Source: the human T2T-CHM13v2.0 reference genome, Homo sapiens | Length of the DNA stretch: 64,000 nucleotides | Reading direction: 5' to 3' (one strand) | Assembly: GCF_009914755.1 (NCBI RefSeq) | Contig: NC_060941.1 | Shown here: piece by piece, positions 30,778 through 47,190 of the stretch | How positions within the stretch are numbered: the stretch's first letter is position 1 | Layout of the letters: every line of letters starts with the position of its first letter | The notes under the pieces: model-generated | Seen by the model: only the letters and a program-made list of their open reading frames with translations | Databases searched by the model: none | What the model was told of the DNA's origin: nothing | Made by a program: the position numbers and the translations under genes

Positions 30778-33700
30778 CCAACCAGTTCTATGAGTTCTCT
30801 AAAAGCGAAAAAGAGTCTTTCAGCCATTTCCCCATCCTGGCTAGCAACTATTTCCAACTTCTTCAAGCCAACCTGCTTGGTCTTTACCTCTGTATCTCAC
30901 ACATCTCCAAAATACCATATTAGAACTGCCTTTTGACTGCTTGATTTTAGATGTTATCTACAGAAGAGGACTGAGCTCCTCTTACCCGGGCATATTCATA
31001 TTCCCCGTCCTCCTAAAATAACTATCTGGTCATCTGAGGTAGGGCTATACACAGTGTCTTCATTAACACCACGTTTCTCTTCCGACCTGTGCCATATAGT
31101 GAACTTCCTAATTTTTTCCTTCCTGAAAAGCTTCCTTCCCCACTGGAACCAAAATTATGGAGGGTGGAGAAGTGGGTTGTTCCTTTGATTTATATTTCTG
31201 TGACCTTACCACCAAAACCAATTGCAAATGGTTAACCTCTTATCAAAATCTCCTTGCTAATGCTAATTTGTATCAGGCATCCTATTAATTTTCATTTCTT
31301 GAAGTAATCCTTCCTGGAGCCTCTGAAACCTGTTCCAGTCTGGACTGGTTGCCTTGATACTCGGTAAACTGCTTCATCCTTAACCTCAGCACTCTCCATT
31401 CCAGAGCACTCTTCCCTCCTCTCTTGAAACAAGAGGTTTCAAGATCTCTGGTTTCCTACAGCCAAGGCCTTTGTCCTCCACCAGCATCCTGAGAAAGGGT
31501 GTGTGGGTGGTAACATTTCTGAAATCTCACTTGGCTAAGAATGTTTCTATTGGACCCTCACACCTGGCTGCTATCTGGCTGTGCCTAACAGTCTAGGCTG
31601 GACGTGACCCTCCTCCAAGACTGGGAAGCCCAGCATTCCTGCCTTCAGCATTCAATATCACCCTACACAAAGCTGTTCTGGTTGCTGGTGCTTTGCACAC
31701 GACTGCCGTCCTCTGTGTCCTCAGTGTTCTGAGGCCCCCTAAGGAGGCAGCCTTGGCGTGCATTCATTTTCAGTCATCATGCAGGGTATTCAGTAAGCCT
31801 TCCAACCTGGAAACACATCCATCGTTTGGGGGAGGTTTAAAAAAATTATTTTGTCAAGGGTTACCCCCTCTTTGTTTTCTCAGCTTCTCTGGAACATGCT
31901 AGACCTCCTGGACTAGTTCTTCTTTGGAAAATAAAAGTCTTTCCTTTATTATTTTCCCTCTGCCTTTTTATTCTTTCTGGGAGATTTTCTTAATGCTTTT
32001 CTTCCAACTTTTCCATTGAGTTTTCACTTCTACCATGCTTTGAATTTCCAGGAGGATTTTTTTTTATTATTTTTGTTCCGTGGCTTCATACAGGATCCTG
32101 TTCTTGTTTCGCAGCTGTGATGTCACCTGAGACGGCTGAGTCTCTTCACAGCTGGTGGTGGACCCTTCTTCTTCCTGGACCCCTCCCTCTCTCTCATCCA
32201 AGTTGCTCTTTGGCTGTTCGGCTGCTTTGGTCTCTACCTGCTCTCAGCCGGCAGGAATTCCTCAGGTATCTGGGACTCCTTGGTTGTCCCATTTGAAGAG
32301 TGGAAGACTAAGAGCTGACTGGGACCTGAAGCCTGTGCACTGTGACCATCTACAAGGGCCCTCTCACTAGGCTGTCTGCTGGGGAATCTGACTAAATAAC
32401 CTCACGCATCTCTTCTTGGGCAGAGAAGTTTCCCACTCTGTCTGCAAGCTACAGACCTGGCTACCTGTGGTTCTGAGAGCTGAGTGAGGAGAAGCTGGGG
32501 GTGGGAGAAGTCCTCAGCATTCGAGAAGGCTGCATTTACCCCACACTCCTGTCTGGGGAAAATGCCCCCACCTTCAACTGGGCCTAGAGTCCCTCATCCA
32601 GAAATGCTTGGTCAGTCTCTCCTGTGAGCGAGCACTCAGACTTCTGCCTGGGTGGTGGGGACAGGCCCTCAGGGGCATGAGGTGAGGGCAACAGCTGGTC
32701 TGTTTCCTAAACAGTTCTCAGCCAATTCTGCTTCTGGTTTTTACCCTCCCCATTCTCACTTCTAGGGTTTAATTGGTGCCTGCACCTTTTGAGGATTCCG
32801 CTGGGTTAACTGGGTTGAGGCATCACCAGGCGAGCAGGTGGGTGGTCTAAGAGTAATCACACTTTGGACCTCAATAAGTATGTGACATAATGTATACTCT
32901 TTGACTGGTGAGGCCTGCGGCATCCAGGTTACATATGCATGATGCACATTCTTGATGGAATATGATTTTAAACCAAGATGATTTACACCCATGCTCTTCA
33001 GCCTGGGAGTGGGGACCAGGTTATAAGAAGACCCTCCTGGTCACCGGGAGAACCCACTGGGGATTCTGGTATCCTTCCTGGCCCCCCCTCTTTCCTGCTC
33101 CATCCTGCAGAGCGTGGCCCTCCTCGCTCTTCTCAGCACACTCATCCTGCCACTTGAGAATTGGCTTGAGTGAGCCAGCATCGCAGACAGGTGCTCACGC
33201 TATCCCTCAGTGCTGGAGTGAAAGAAGAATGAGAACCACTGATGGAAACAACTAAACGTTAAGCTGCTGGGCAGCAATGTAAAATCCCAAATATTAAAAA
33301 GGCCCCTGCCTAGAACTTTCACTGGACTCTGGCAGGCCTAATAACAGGCAGGCTGCACCCCTCAGTGATGACTTGTGTGTGCCCAATAACCACTCCCTTC
33401 CCCTGTGAAGAGGGAAATAACCGAGGCCAACGTCTTTGGCTTTTTAAATTTGTCTTTAAGAACAATCACTGTTGCTGTAAAAATACGAATTGCTTATTAT
33501 AAAGAACTAAATATTGTAGAAAAGAATACAGGTGAAAGGTTTAAAAATACTCCAAATCCAATCACTCCTAAATTATCATTGCTGACATTAGGTGAAGATA
33601 TTTTGTGTGTGTGCAGAGAGATGGAGAAAAACAGGTTTTATGAAAATGGGATATTTCGAGTGGTATTATTTTCATAAAACACATTCTATTTTAATTGTTT

Positions 33701-33839
33701 AGAATTTAACAGGGGGAAAAAAGGAAGCAGAAACTGAAGAATTGTTGAACTTCAAAGTAAATGTTTCTTTACCACAAGAGTTCCTGAAATAACCTTATTC
33801 AAGCTAAGACAAAGAAGTTTATGAAAACATTAAGAGGTC

Positions 33840-34146
33840 TGACCAGGCATGGTGGCTCACGCCTGTAATCCCAGCACTTTGGGAGGCTGAGGCGGGCAGA
33901 TCACGAGGTCAGGAGTTTGAGACCAGCCTGACCAACATGGTGAAACCCCATCTCTACTAAAAATACAAAAATTAGCCGCATGTGGTGGCACGTGCCTGTA
34001 ATCCCAGCTACTCAGGAGGATGAGGCAGGAGAATTTCTTGAATCCGGGAGGCGGAGGTTGCAGTGAGCCACTGCAAGATCGTGCCACTGGACTCCAGCCT
34101 GGGTGACAGAGCAAGACTCTGTCTCAAAAAAAAAAAAAAAAAAAAA
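33840..34146 (+). mobile_element. Alu (S-type)
   Basis: dimer. Confidence 0.95.
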
Positions 34147-34344
34147 GGTTTTACTTATTCTTTTAAAAAATACAACATGCTTCCATTTTAACAATATTTC
34201 TTGACTCTGCATTTTAAAAAGTACAAAATCTTCTAATTCTTCACATTGTTCCTCCTCCCACCTCCTGATTTTTATTATTTCACTTTTACATTGTCCAGGT
34301 TTATAACATTCATGGTACGTCCTGCAGCCACAATTTCTGGTTAA

Positions 34345-34555
34345 TTAGTATTTGTTTTATATTTAAGCATATTTTAGTATTAGCTCTATATTTAAGTTTA
34401 TTTAGCTATTACTTCTATATGAGTATATTTAGCTATTAGTTCTATACTTAAGTATATTTTGGTATTAGTTCCATACTTAAGTATATTTTCGTATTCTGAA
34501 CTTAAGCATATTTTAGTATTAGTTGTATATTTAAGTATTAGTTCTGTATTTAAAT
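34345..34555. repeat. AT-rich degenerate minisatellite, ~29-bp unit
   Basis: repeated ttaagtatattttagtattagttctatat-like units. Confidence 0.8.
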
Positions 34556-35467
34556 GAATAGTTCAATGCTCACTACCAGTCTTTTACTTCCCAGGGCCTT
34601 TCTTGTGATTCATTCTCTTACGTGCTGGATGTTACTGTCAAGCAATTTTTTTTTCAAGAAGGTTCCAAAGTGCCGCATTTCACATGTTTTCTTCAGGAGA
34701 GTGCGGCCAGCTGTGCTTTACTTAAACAATAACGTGGCTGGATAAAGGGTCTTGGGTCATTCTTCTCTTCAAAACTGTGCAGACCTTGATACTTTAATTT
34801 CTGGGACTAAAAGCTGCTGGAGATGATCTGCTTTTTCCAACAGAACGACCAGACACTTGGCTCCAAGTTCAATGGTCTAAGGGGCCAGGCTTTGGAGCGA
34901 CCCTTTCTGTAACAGTTTCCTGAAATACGGTGTCTTCTTTGATTTGCAGATTCAGGGCTTTTTCCTCTTTCTCAGGGAAATCACCTCATGCCACACTGTA
35001 TCTTTGATTCTGCAGACACCAATTACTCTGGTATTATTGGGATCGTCTTCTGTTCTCTGCATCTGCTAGCTTTTCTCTCATTGTTTTAATACTTGTCTTT
35101 TTCAGATATAATCTCTGTGATTGGCTCAAGCGTTTAAGACATTATATTTATAGGACATGATTATATTTTCAGCTAATTTGTTCCACTCCTTAAAGTTTTA
35201 ACTTACCTTTAAGAATAAATAAGTTATAATTCTATGATTATATATTAATGGTTGCACTGTAAGTATATGCTATTGCTTGGGTTCTCACTTGTTTGAAGAC
35301 GGAAACCTTGCTTTTCTGGCCTTCCAGCTGGCTCTGGTAAATCTGTGAGTGACCCCTGGTTCTCCTCCTGTGAATCTCTGATCTGCTTGTGTCCCCCTAA
35401 CCACTTACCCTGACCTGTGGTGGGCGGCCAGGTGTTCTGCATTCTAGCATATTATGCAGTCTCGTAG

Positions 35468-38579
<3,112 letters not shown>

Positions 38580-39066
38580 TATTTGGGGATGGATATCATG
38601 CTCATGGGAGACCCTCCATGGACAGTCTTCCCCAGTGAATATACAGTCTTGAGCCTTTACTTATGTCTATAACGGCTGCTTTTTTCACTTTTCCCATTTC
38701 ACCAATGTCCACCCAGCAGGGGATTTTACTACTCCTTGATCAGGGAGGAAAAAATAACAAGTCCTGTTCAGTTTGCCTCCTCCCAGACCTGAGAAACCAG
38801 CGAGACTGCCGGGTCTCCTCAAATCCTGGGCCGTGAGGTAGAAACCCTGCACACTGCTCCTGACTGCTGCCCCTGCCACCGCTGCTTCCGCTGCTGCCCA
38901 GGGCTGCAGTGCACTGAATTCGTTCTGCCCCTTCCCCTGCTTGGTTGCTATTTTTCCCTACTTATTTTTTTACTAGTCTTTTGCTCTGTTAGGTAATTCT
39001 GTGTGGAAGTTTCAATCTACCATCTTAATTCTGACAGCATCCTCTCTGTGTCTTAAGAAATGTATT

Positions 39067-39632
<566 letters not shown>

Positions 39633-41338
39633 GTATTTTTCTCTGTATTTCCATTGCTTGATAAAATGCTACACTTTGCTGAATAAATATTGCTGAATTA
39701 AGGATTAAGGTGACACCACTACGGTGGGCATCACGAAAAACCACAAGATTCTAGAATCTCGTAGCATTGCTATAGGATTGTCCAGGACTTAGAAGTACAC
39801 CACTTAGATGCTTATGTATCATTTTGACCCAGAAAATAGCGAGACAAATTCAGACACGATGTTAAAGACATCGTTAGTGTAGGTGTCTTCAGAAAAAAGG
39901 CAAAATATAGGGCAGAAGGGTGAACAAAACAGAAAAAATTGTACCAAGATGTTCACAGTGGTACTTTGGGGGTGAAGCAGAAAGCAGCTTTCTTTTTATT
40001 ATTTTGCAGATATTTGAAGTGTATTACTCTCATATGAAAAGACTATAACAACAGAAAAGCAAAGCCAGTGCAGAACTTGCAGGGCATGAGCTGAGCCCCT
40101 ACAACATATGAAATCCCGGCCAGAATTCCCTTCACAGTGATTTACTATCCTCAGTCACCAAACCATCAGAAGCAGCGGCTCTTGCCTGCAGCCTGATGGG
40201 CTACGAAGTGCATTCCCTGGGTGAGAAGCTGCATGTGCATGATGTCCATGGGGATGGAGAACAACGCTAAGTGTTAGACACGACAGAAACCCATCTTCAC
40301 ACCTCACAGCAGAAAATGCCAAGGCGTGTACCTGTTTCTTGGTCCTAAATAAGTGACTGGTGAATATGGTCAGGATTTCAATGTTTTACTTAAGCCCCAT
40401 TTTGCTCTAAACTGATTTTAAAAGATACTTCTGAGTCTTAATTTTCTCAGTGGGATCAATGACTTTTGCTCCATGAAGATACACTTGGAGAACAAAAGCA
40501 AAGCATTCTCAACTCAACGGCCTTGATTTACTTTAAGACAAAAGTTCGATGCCATGGGAGTATGCCCGCTTTGCCCTTACAATGACCAAGAAAGGTGGCA
40601 GAAATGAAAAAGCACCCCATCACCAGTCCGGTGAGCCACGGTCTCCACACCAAGTGCTAACTTGCCAGGGTTCTGGGTACCTTGCTTAGAGGGAGCTCTG
40701 AAAAGAGCTAATTTATGATTTTTACTTTCTTTGGCTATTATTACAAAAGAGATATACGTATATAAAACACAAATTTGCAGCTATAAGTCTCTCCCACTGA
40801 ATAAAAACCAACAAAACTTCTTAAAACTCCAGATAATCTCAAATTGACTTTTCCCATTTCACTTCACTTCCTTTTCCCCCACTATATATTTTACCCCTTG
40901 GGCTGTTTCTTCTGAAATCACATTTCTGCTAACCCAGAATAGGTGAATTTTCTAAATCACGATTATTTCCTTTTTCTTTTCATCTCCCTTTCGATTAGGG
41001 CCACATACTCTTTCTCGGCAACCAATGCAAATTCATTCTTTCTAGCCCAGTTCCAAAACCCATTTCTAGTGCTCCCCCTCCTCCAGGCCAGGTATCTCCT
41101 GTCCCACCAGAACCGGGTGCCTGCTCTGAGCCCGTGCCCTTTAAGGCACGCACCTCTTCTCAGGGGTTCCCCATTCTGAGATTTACTTCAGTTCTTGCAC
41201 TTTGCTTAAACTCTCCCCCATCCCCCACAGATACTGAAGGGCAAATCCAACGGTCTCCTCAACCATGTCTGATTAGAGACACTTGGAACCGGAGGCCTTG
41301 CCCATCCCTAGTCTGGAGGCCGACTAGCAGGTGCTCAC

Positions 41339-41415
41339 CGTGGTATACTCAAAGTAGTAAAGGCAGTTGTCAGTCAGAATGAACCAGCGTCTCTTCCAAG
41401 TCTTTACCCTGCCAC
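41339..41415 (-). CDS. CYTH1: CYTH1 exon 11 (77 nt; [27 protein letters not shown] domain)
   Basis: acceptor ctctgcag|GT, donor ACG|gtgagc. Confidence 0.97.
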
Positions 41416-42262
41416 CTGCAGAGCAAAAAGAGATGCACGTTCGACAAGAGACAACCAGACAAGTGCAGGCTCCACGACACACACGACACCCTCTCTTCTC
41501 AGAGAGGGTTGGGGGAGAGGCATCAGGAGAACGTGGAGCCCACAACATTGACATCAGTAACAAGACACAGAGCTGAAACAGAAGCGTCTTTCACAAAGTG
41601 AAAGCCTGTGGGTACAAGCAGAGCAAGCGCATCTAGGTGACACCCGGAGATGGAATCGGGACGGCAGGATGAGCATGGGTTTGTGGCGAGAAAACCCGGG
41701 GCAATAATGACATACAATGCAAATTTGCCAGAGTCAGCAAAAAGCCTATGTGGTAGAAATTGCCAAAGAACAGAAAAAGAGGGAAGGGTCAGCACCTAGT
41801 GCAGGCTACTCTGCTACTGACAAGCAGCCCGGCACATAAGGAGTGTTTCACTGGAAGTGAAGGAAGGAGGAAGCAGGAGGGGAGATGCTGGGAGCCTTCA
41901 AATCCACACTTTCCCTGGAACACGAAGTAAATCCCCATGGTTCTACTCTCTTCTTCACCTTCATGATTACAGTGAGCTTCTACACTGGCTCTTAACCTTA
42001 TGTGCTAGTGTCCTGAAAACAAAATCTCCCGGGTCCTGGGTGAGAATCAAAGCAGAATTCCTCTATCAAGGAAGAATCAACTCGTACTGAGAGGTGGCCT
42101 CAGGAGCCTTTTCCGTTCTGGGCTTCTCACCTGGAGCTTATAACAGAAACAGCTGGCAAATACAGCCATGGCAAAACAAGCTCTGGCGGTGGTGGCTGGG
42201 AGGCTGGCAAGGGCCTCCCTTGGTTCTTTTTAGTATTTCTCAGCACAAAACACTGGGGTCAT

Positions 42263-42541
42263 GGCTAGGCACAGGGGCTCACGTCTATAATCCCAGCACT
42301 CTGGGAGGTCAAGGTGGGTGGGTCGCTTGAGGTCAGGAGTTCAAGACCAGCCGGCCAACATGGTGAATCCCCATCTCTACTAAAAGTATAAAAATTAGCC
42401 AGGGGTGGTGGCACATGCCTATAGTTCCAGCTACTCAGGAGGCTGAAGCATGAGAGTCACTTGAACTGGGAGGTGGAGGTTGCAGTGAGCCAAGATTGCA
42501 CCACTGCACTCCCGCCTGGGTGACACAGGGAGACTCCCTCT

Positions 42542-42572
<31 letters not shown>

Positions 42573-42575
42573 AAA
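42263..42575 (+). mobile_element. Alu (S-type)
   Basis: dimer. Confidence 0.93.
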
Positions 42576-44928
42576 GTTGGGGTTGGGGCCGTGAAGTTAT
42601 GCTGAGACAGACATGAAGGAAGGAAAAATTTCCCCAAGCCTATCTGAATGAAGCTACACCTGCTGTCAAATCGGGACCACAGGCTTTCTCTTCCTCCACC
42701 TCTCTCCCATCAAGGGAACATTTTCTGAACATGAACCACTCAAAACTTATCCCTAAGGCCTTGACCTGTGAAGCTATGCATGGCATTCTAGAAACACTTC
42801 TTGTGCCTGCTCTTTTGCTAAGACTTAACCTACAGACAATACCGCTTCTCCAATCTTCCTAAATAGCAAGGATCATGGGGCATAAATCTCATACCTCCGA
42901 TCATGCTTTCTCTCTTGCCCTCATCACAAATAGCTGAGCAAAGAGGAGAATGGTTTTACAGGGATTATTCTAACTGCCAGGACCTGCCTGCATGCTCACA
43001 CCAGAGAAACCTAAGGGGAGTATGCAAATAATGTTATGAAAAGAAAATGTCCAGCGTAGGTCCTGGCAGACAAGTAAAAGGACCACTGGACTTTCAGGCC
43101 AGTTTTTAGCACCCTGCTTGGATGCTGAACCCTAGGCGGGCTTACGTGACTGATCATTAATTGCCAAGATTCCAAATGACACAGATCTAGGTTATGCGAG
43201 GGAATTTGCTGTAAGCAAGCACGTGCCCTCCACCTGCCCATCCTGTGCTATATCAAGCAAATTGAGACTCTCCCTCCAGTAACTTCTAAGTTTCATGTGA
43301 GCCCTTGCCACTGGTCCCTAAAGGTTAGATGGCATGAATTAAGAGAAAACCATAAATGGATACTATGACATGCATGTGGAAAACAGGAAAGCCCGGGCAG
43401 AATTAAATAAGGAGGATAAAGAAGGCAAGGACTATATTCAGGATTGAAGCCAATTTGTTCTTAAAAAGGAACCCCCTCCACCAATTCAGAGTCTGAGAAC
43501 TTTGGTCTTCCAGCCTGGCGGGCCATTGGTTGCCCACGGAGGCTCGGCACAAAGGGAACATCAACCCATGCTGACCTCCCATGCGCTCCATCACAGGACA
43601 CTACCCGGGGAACCCTTCGGACATAGGAGATCATGGAAAAAGCGAGTCAGATGCTAAAAGAAACAAGATGGAAAGAAATCAAGGAGAAAAAGCAAAGCCA
43701 GAAGAAATTCTCTGCCTGATTACAAAAGCTTGGTTATTATGCCTGGACAATTTGTTGCATTACAGAGACCTCTACCATAAAGCATCACTGTGGGCCCACG
43801 GGGAACATTTCCACGTGGAAAGAAAAGCAGACATGAAACAAGCAGACAGATCAATGTGCGCCTAGGACAGTCCCTGTGGAACTCACAGGACCACCTCCCA
43901 CTGCACGGCTCCTCAGGCCTCCTGTGACCTCCCCGAGACATCAAGGCCGGATGCCATCTTCCCCTACAGTTGAGAACAACCTGACAAGTCCCTGAAGCAT
44001 CTCAGTAACTGTGCGTGTTTGGGGTTGTTCTTTTTAAGTGTAGCTACTGCTCAGGGAATGCTTAGGCACAAACCTGAGGGGTCTTGGGCTAAGAAAATAT
44101 GTTTCCCCAAAAAAACCAGCAAATGGAGAGGAGACACCAAAACCATAACCAGGAGACCGATTCGGGGCTTTAACGAGGACTCGCTGAAAAAGCGAGGGAG
44201 CAAAACAAAACATAACAACAGAGCCGAGGCTGTTAATACCCTTCTCTGATCCCCAGGAAACTAAACACGAGGACTTCAGGGAGGGTTTTTTGGTTTGGAC
44301 TTGTTTTTTTCACCTTCACTCGGTATCATTTTGAGTTTAGGAAATACCATTTCCCCTTTTCGTGCAAAGGCAAATGTCTTAAGTATCATCTAATTTAGTT
44401 CTTTCCCTAGTTTGCTTTTCCATCATGGTAAATCAGAAGCTTTCCATAGCTTTGGGAAGTCAAGACTTTGTTCTCTCTGGAGTAAGTCTCAGCTTGAAAA
44501 AAGAAGAAAAAAGAAAGACTTCCTTCTCTTCTTTCTCCTCTTCCCCACGTCAGAGATTAACTTTCAATCAGGCTGATTAATGGACGTCAAATTGAATATC
44601 AAACATAGCGCATGTCTTAGCCAATAATTCCAAGTGAAAATGTCATGGAAACTTCCTCTGCTTTTACAAACCCACTCTTAGTATGTTTTCTTGCATTACT
44701 GCATTCAGTAATGAATATAACATATACTCCTCCAAAAAAGAAAAACGAAAATTGCTCCAAACCCCTGATCCTGACCAGTTCCCTAGGGACTGTACAATAA
44801 GTTAGAAGCAGCATTAACACTACCACCGGCAATTAAAAAACAAAATAACCAAAAATAACGAAATCAGAAAATGCTGCAGTAATGACAGTGGCCTAGCAGA
44901 GCGAGCGAGCAGGCTGAGGGTTACATAC

Positions 44929-44931
44929 CTC
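44929..44931 (-). CDS. CYTH1: CYTH1 3-nt alternative microexon (GAG) adding the third glycine of the PH-domain GG/GGG motif
   Basis: minus strand reads long pyrimidine tract...ccttgccccaaactccag|GAG|gtatgtaa; G+GAG+GT GGC gives GGA GGT GGC (3 Gly), skipping gives GGT GGC (2 Gly); total becomes 398 vs 397 aa. Confidence 0.9.
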
Positions 44932-47012
44932 CTGGAGTTTGGGGCAAGGAAAAGGAGAGCCAAAATCATGGAAACATACAAATGAGGGAGAAAAGAAAAT
45001 TAAAACAAAGAAATTAAACCCGATTCCTTAATCTTAAAGTGCAATGTATCAGTCACATTCATGCCTGCCTGGGGAGAGAGCTGAACTAAAAACACTCAAC
45101 GGGCAAATGATCCCACTACTGTCTGGCACGTGAACGAGGGGCTCTTACATGCCACGTTCCACCTCATCAAGGCAAGATTTGAGGCACTACTGGAAACCTG
45201 GCCCCAAAGATGCCACAAATCGGCTTTTACAAAGCCAATGTTTACTAGTATATCCAGAATCAGAGCAAAGAAAGCTAAGGTTATTTCAGGGAAAATTAAA
45301 TGTCTTTCTTGAGATGGCTGTCACTTTTTAAAGTGTGTGTAAGAATGCACACACATATACCCATGAGTACACATGTACTGATGTGTATACACAAGAATAC
45401 ACATTCTTATGGCTATATGCATACACAGACATATACACACAGCTACAGACGGCTGGAAGCCCTGCCTTCTGCAGCACATAAACACAAAGAGTGATACTAA
45501 GTGTGCTACAATGAAAACACAATATTCAGAGTCTAGAAGGATTTGATGGAGGTTTAGAAAAAGTAATGCAATGAGCTAAAACTGAGTCCCACACTTGGTT
45601 AAATTTTCTCTTTTTTAAAATACGAGATGCCTCATGAATTTGCATGTCATCCTGGTCTAAGAACCAAGATAATCTTTGTACTGTTCTAATTTTAGTATCT
45701 GGGCTGTCAAAGCTAACACTTAGTATTAGCATTTAAACAAATCTCGCTGTAGGGGGAAGTAAATCCAAACTTGAACACACTTTAAACGTTTCCAGTAGGT
45801 TTCCTTTCAACTCCATCCACTTGGCAATAGGAATGTGGAAGGGAAGGCTGCCTATGGGGTTAGTAATTTTAGAGCCTTAACTTCAAAGATTCTGCTGGCT
45901 TAAAGATATATAAAATGATGGCCAATTCAAGAGATATTTAAAACTGATCGGTGAAGTGGTGCTGTAAGGGGAATTTATGAATTAAGTCATTATGTATAAG
46001 CACAAGGACTTGGGATATGACTTTAAAAGGAAATATAAAGTCTACTGCTATCTGACCTAGTCAGAAATAAAGGATTCCATTTTAGCCTTCCCAGATGTGT
46101 CAGTAATGACCAAGAGAGTACTGACTTCTAATCACTGGGGCAAGCAGTTGGGCTGGTATAGGACGGAACAGCCCCTGCTAATGTGAGAACCCAACTCATC
46201 AAAGGCTAAAGCAGAAGGCAACAGAGGAAAGTACCCTGCTAGTGTCCAAAAAAAAAAAAAAAAAAAGGACATCATTATGTCCAGAGAGTCTAGAGCTCTA
46301 TGTTCTGAAACCATTAATAAAGTAAACACATGTGGACATGAATGTGTATGAAAACCCTACTAAAGTCTTTCCTATTGATTACCCTGTCACCTTCACGGCA
46401 AGGCATGACCACAAATCTCAGCAATACAAGCTCATCACTTCTGGCAAAGGGAAGAGAAATGCATTTTCAGCTTTTCTAAATGAACAAAATAATTAATGTG
46501 GCTGATTCAGATTGAAAAGGAGGGGAAAAAAAAAAGAAAAAAAAAAAACCACTGCCCAAGAATGAGTAAGAGTGCTGTGGATTGAGCTGCAGCCAAGGGC
46601 TCTAGGCTTGCCATGCACACTGCCTGTGGGGGAGCCAGATGCAGAAGGAAGTGACGATGCACTGGGGTGGGGGCAGGAGCGCCAGGTACAAATCTGTGGG
46701 ATGGGAAGTAGAAAGATGGACAAGGTCGGCCACCCTCCCAGTGGTTATGGGGACAGGGAAGGCAAACGGACCAGGTGCTCAGGGAACTGCCTTGAAACAA
46801 AACCTGGTCAACCAATTCAAGGGTAAAAATGTGGAGCACAGACACATGTGGGCAATATTTATGGTGGAGTAAGTCTGTCCCCAGTAGTCTCTGTGTCCCA
46901 TGGGGGCAATGACTATGAAGTCACTTCCCTTTTGGAAGCCGACCTTTGTTAGAACAGAACTCATACCAAAGTCTCTCTGGAGTCCTCTATAAGCCACCCC
47001 CTTTCCTACATG

Positions 47013-47136
47013 GTGCGTGTGTGTCCATGAATGTGTGTGAACATGCATGCGCGTGCACACACACGCACGCGCACACATGCACACGCACAAACACGCACAC
47101 GCGCACACACGCACGCACGCACACACGCACACACAC
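47013..47136. repeat. Alternating purine-pyrimidine (CA/CG) tract just inside intron 9
   Basis: gcgtgcacacacacgcacgcgcacacatgcacacgc... Confidence 0.9.
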
Positions 47137-47190
47137 CGCCTTTCTTCCTAAGTCTCAGCTTTAGGAGCCCTGACTCAGAGGTGCGCTTAC

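Noticed and set aside
34345-34555. ~29-bp repeats superficially like a CRISPR array
   Set aside because: No unique spacers, units are contiguous and degenerate, eukaryotic intron context, no cas genes
30850-35300. T-rich stretches resembling very old L1/HAL1 5' regions
   Set aside because: Too diverged for me to set family or boundaries by eye
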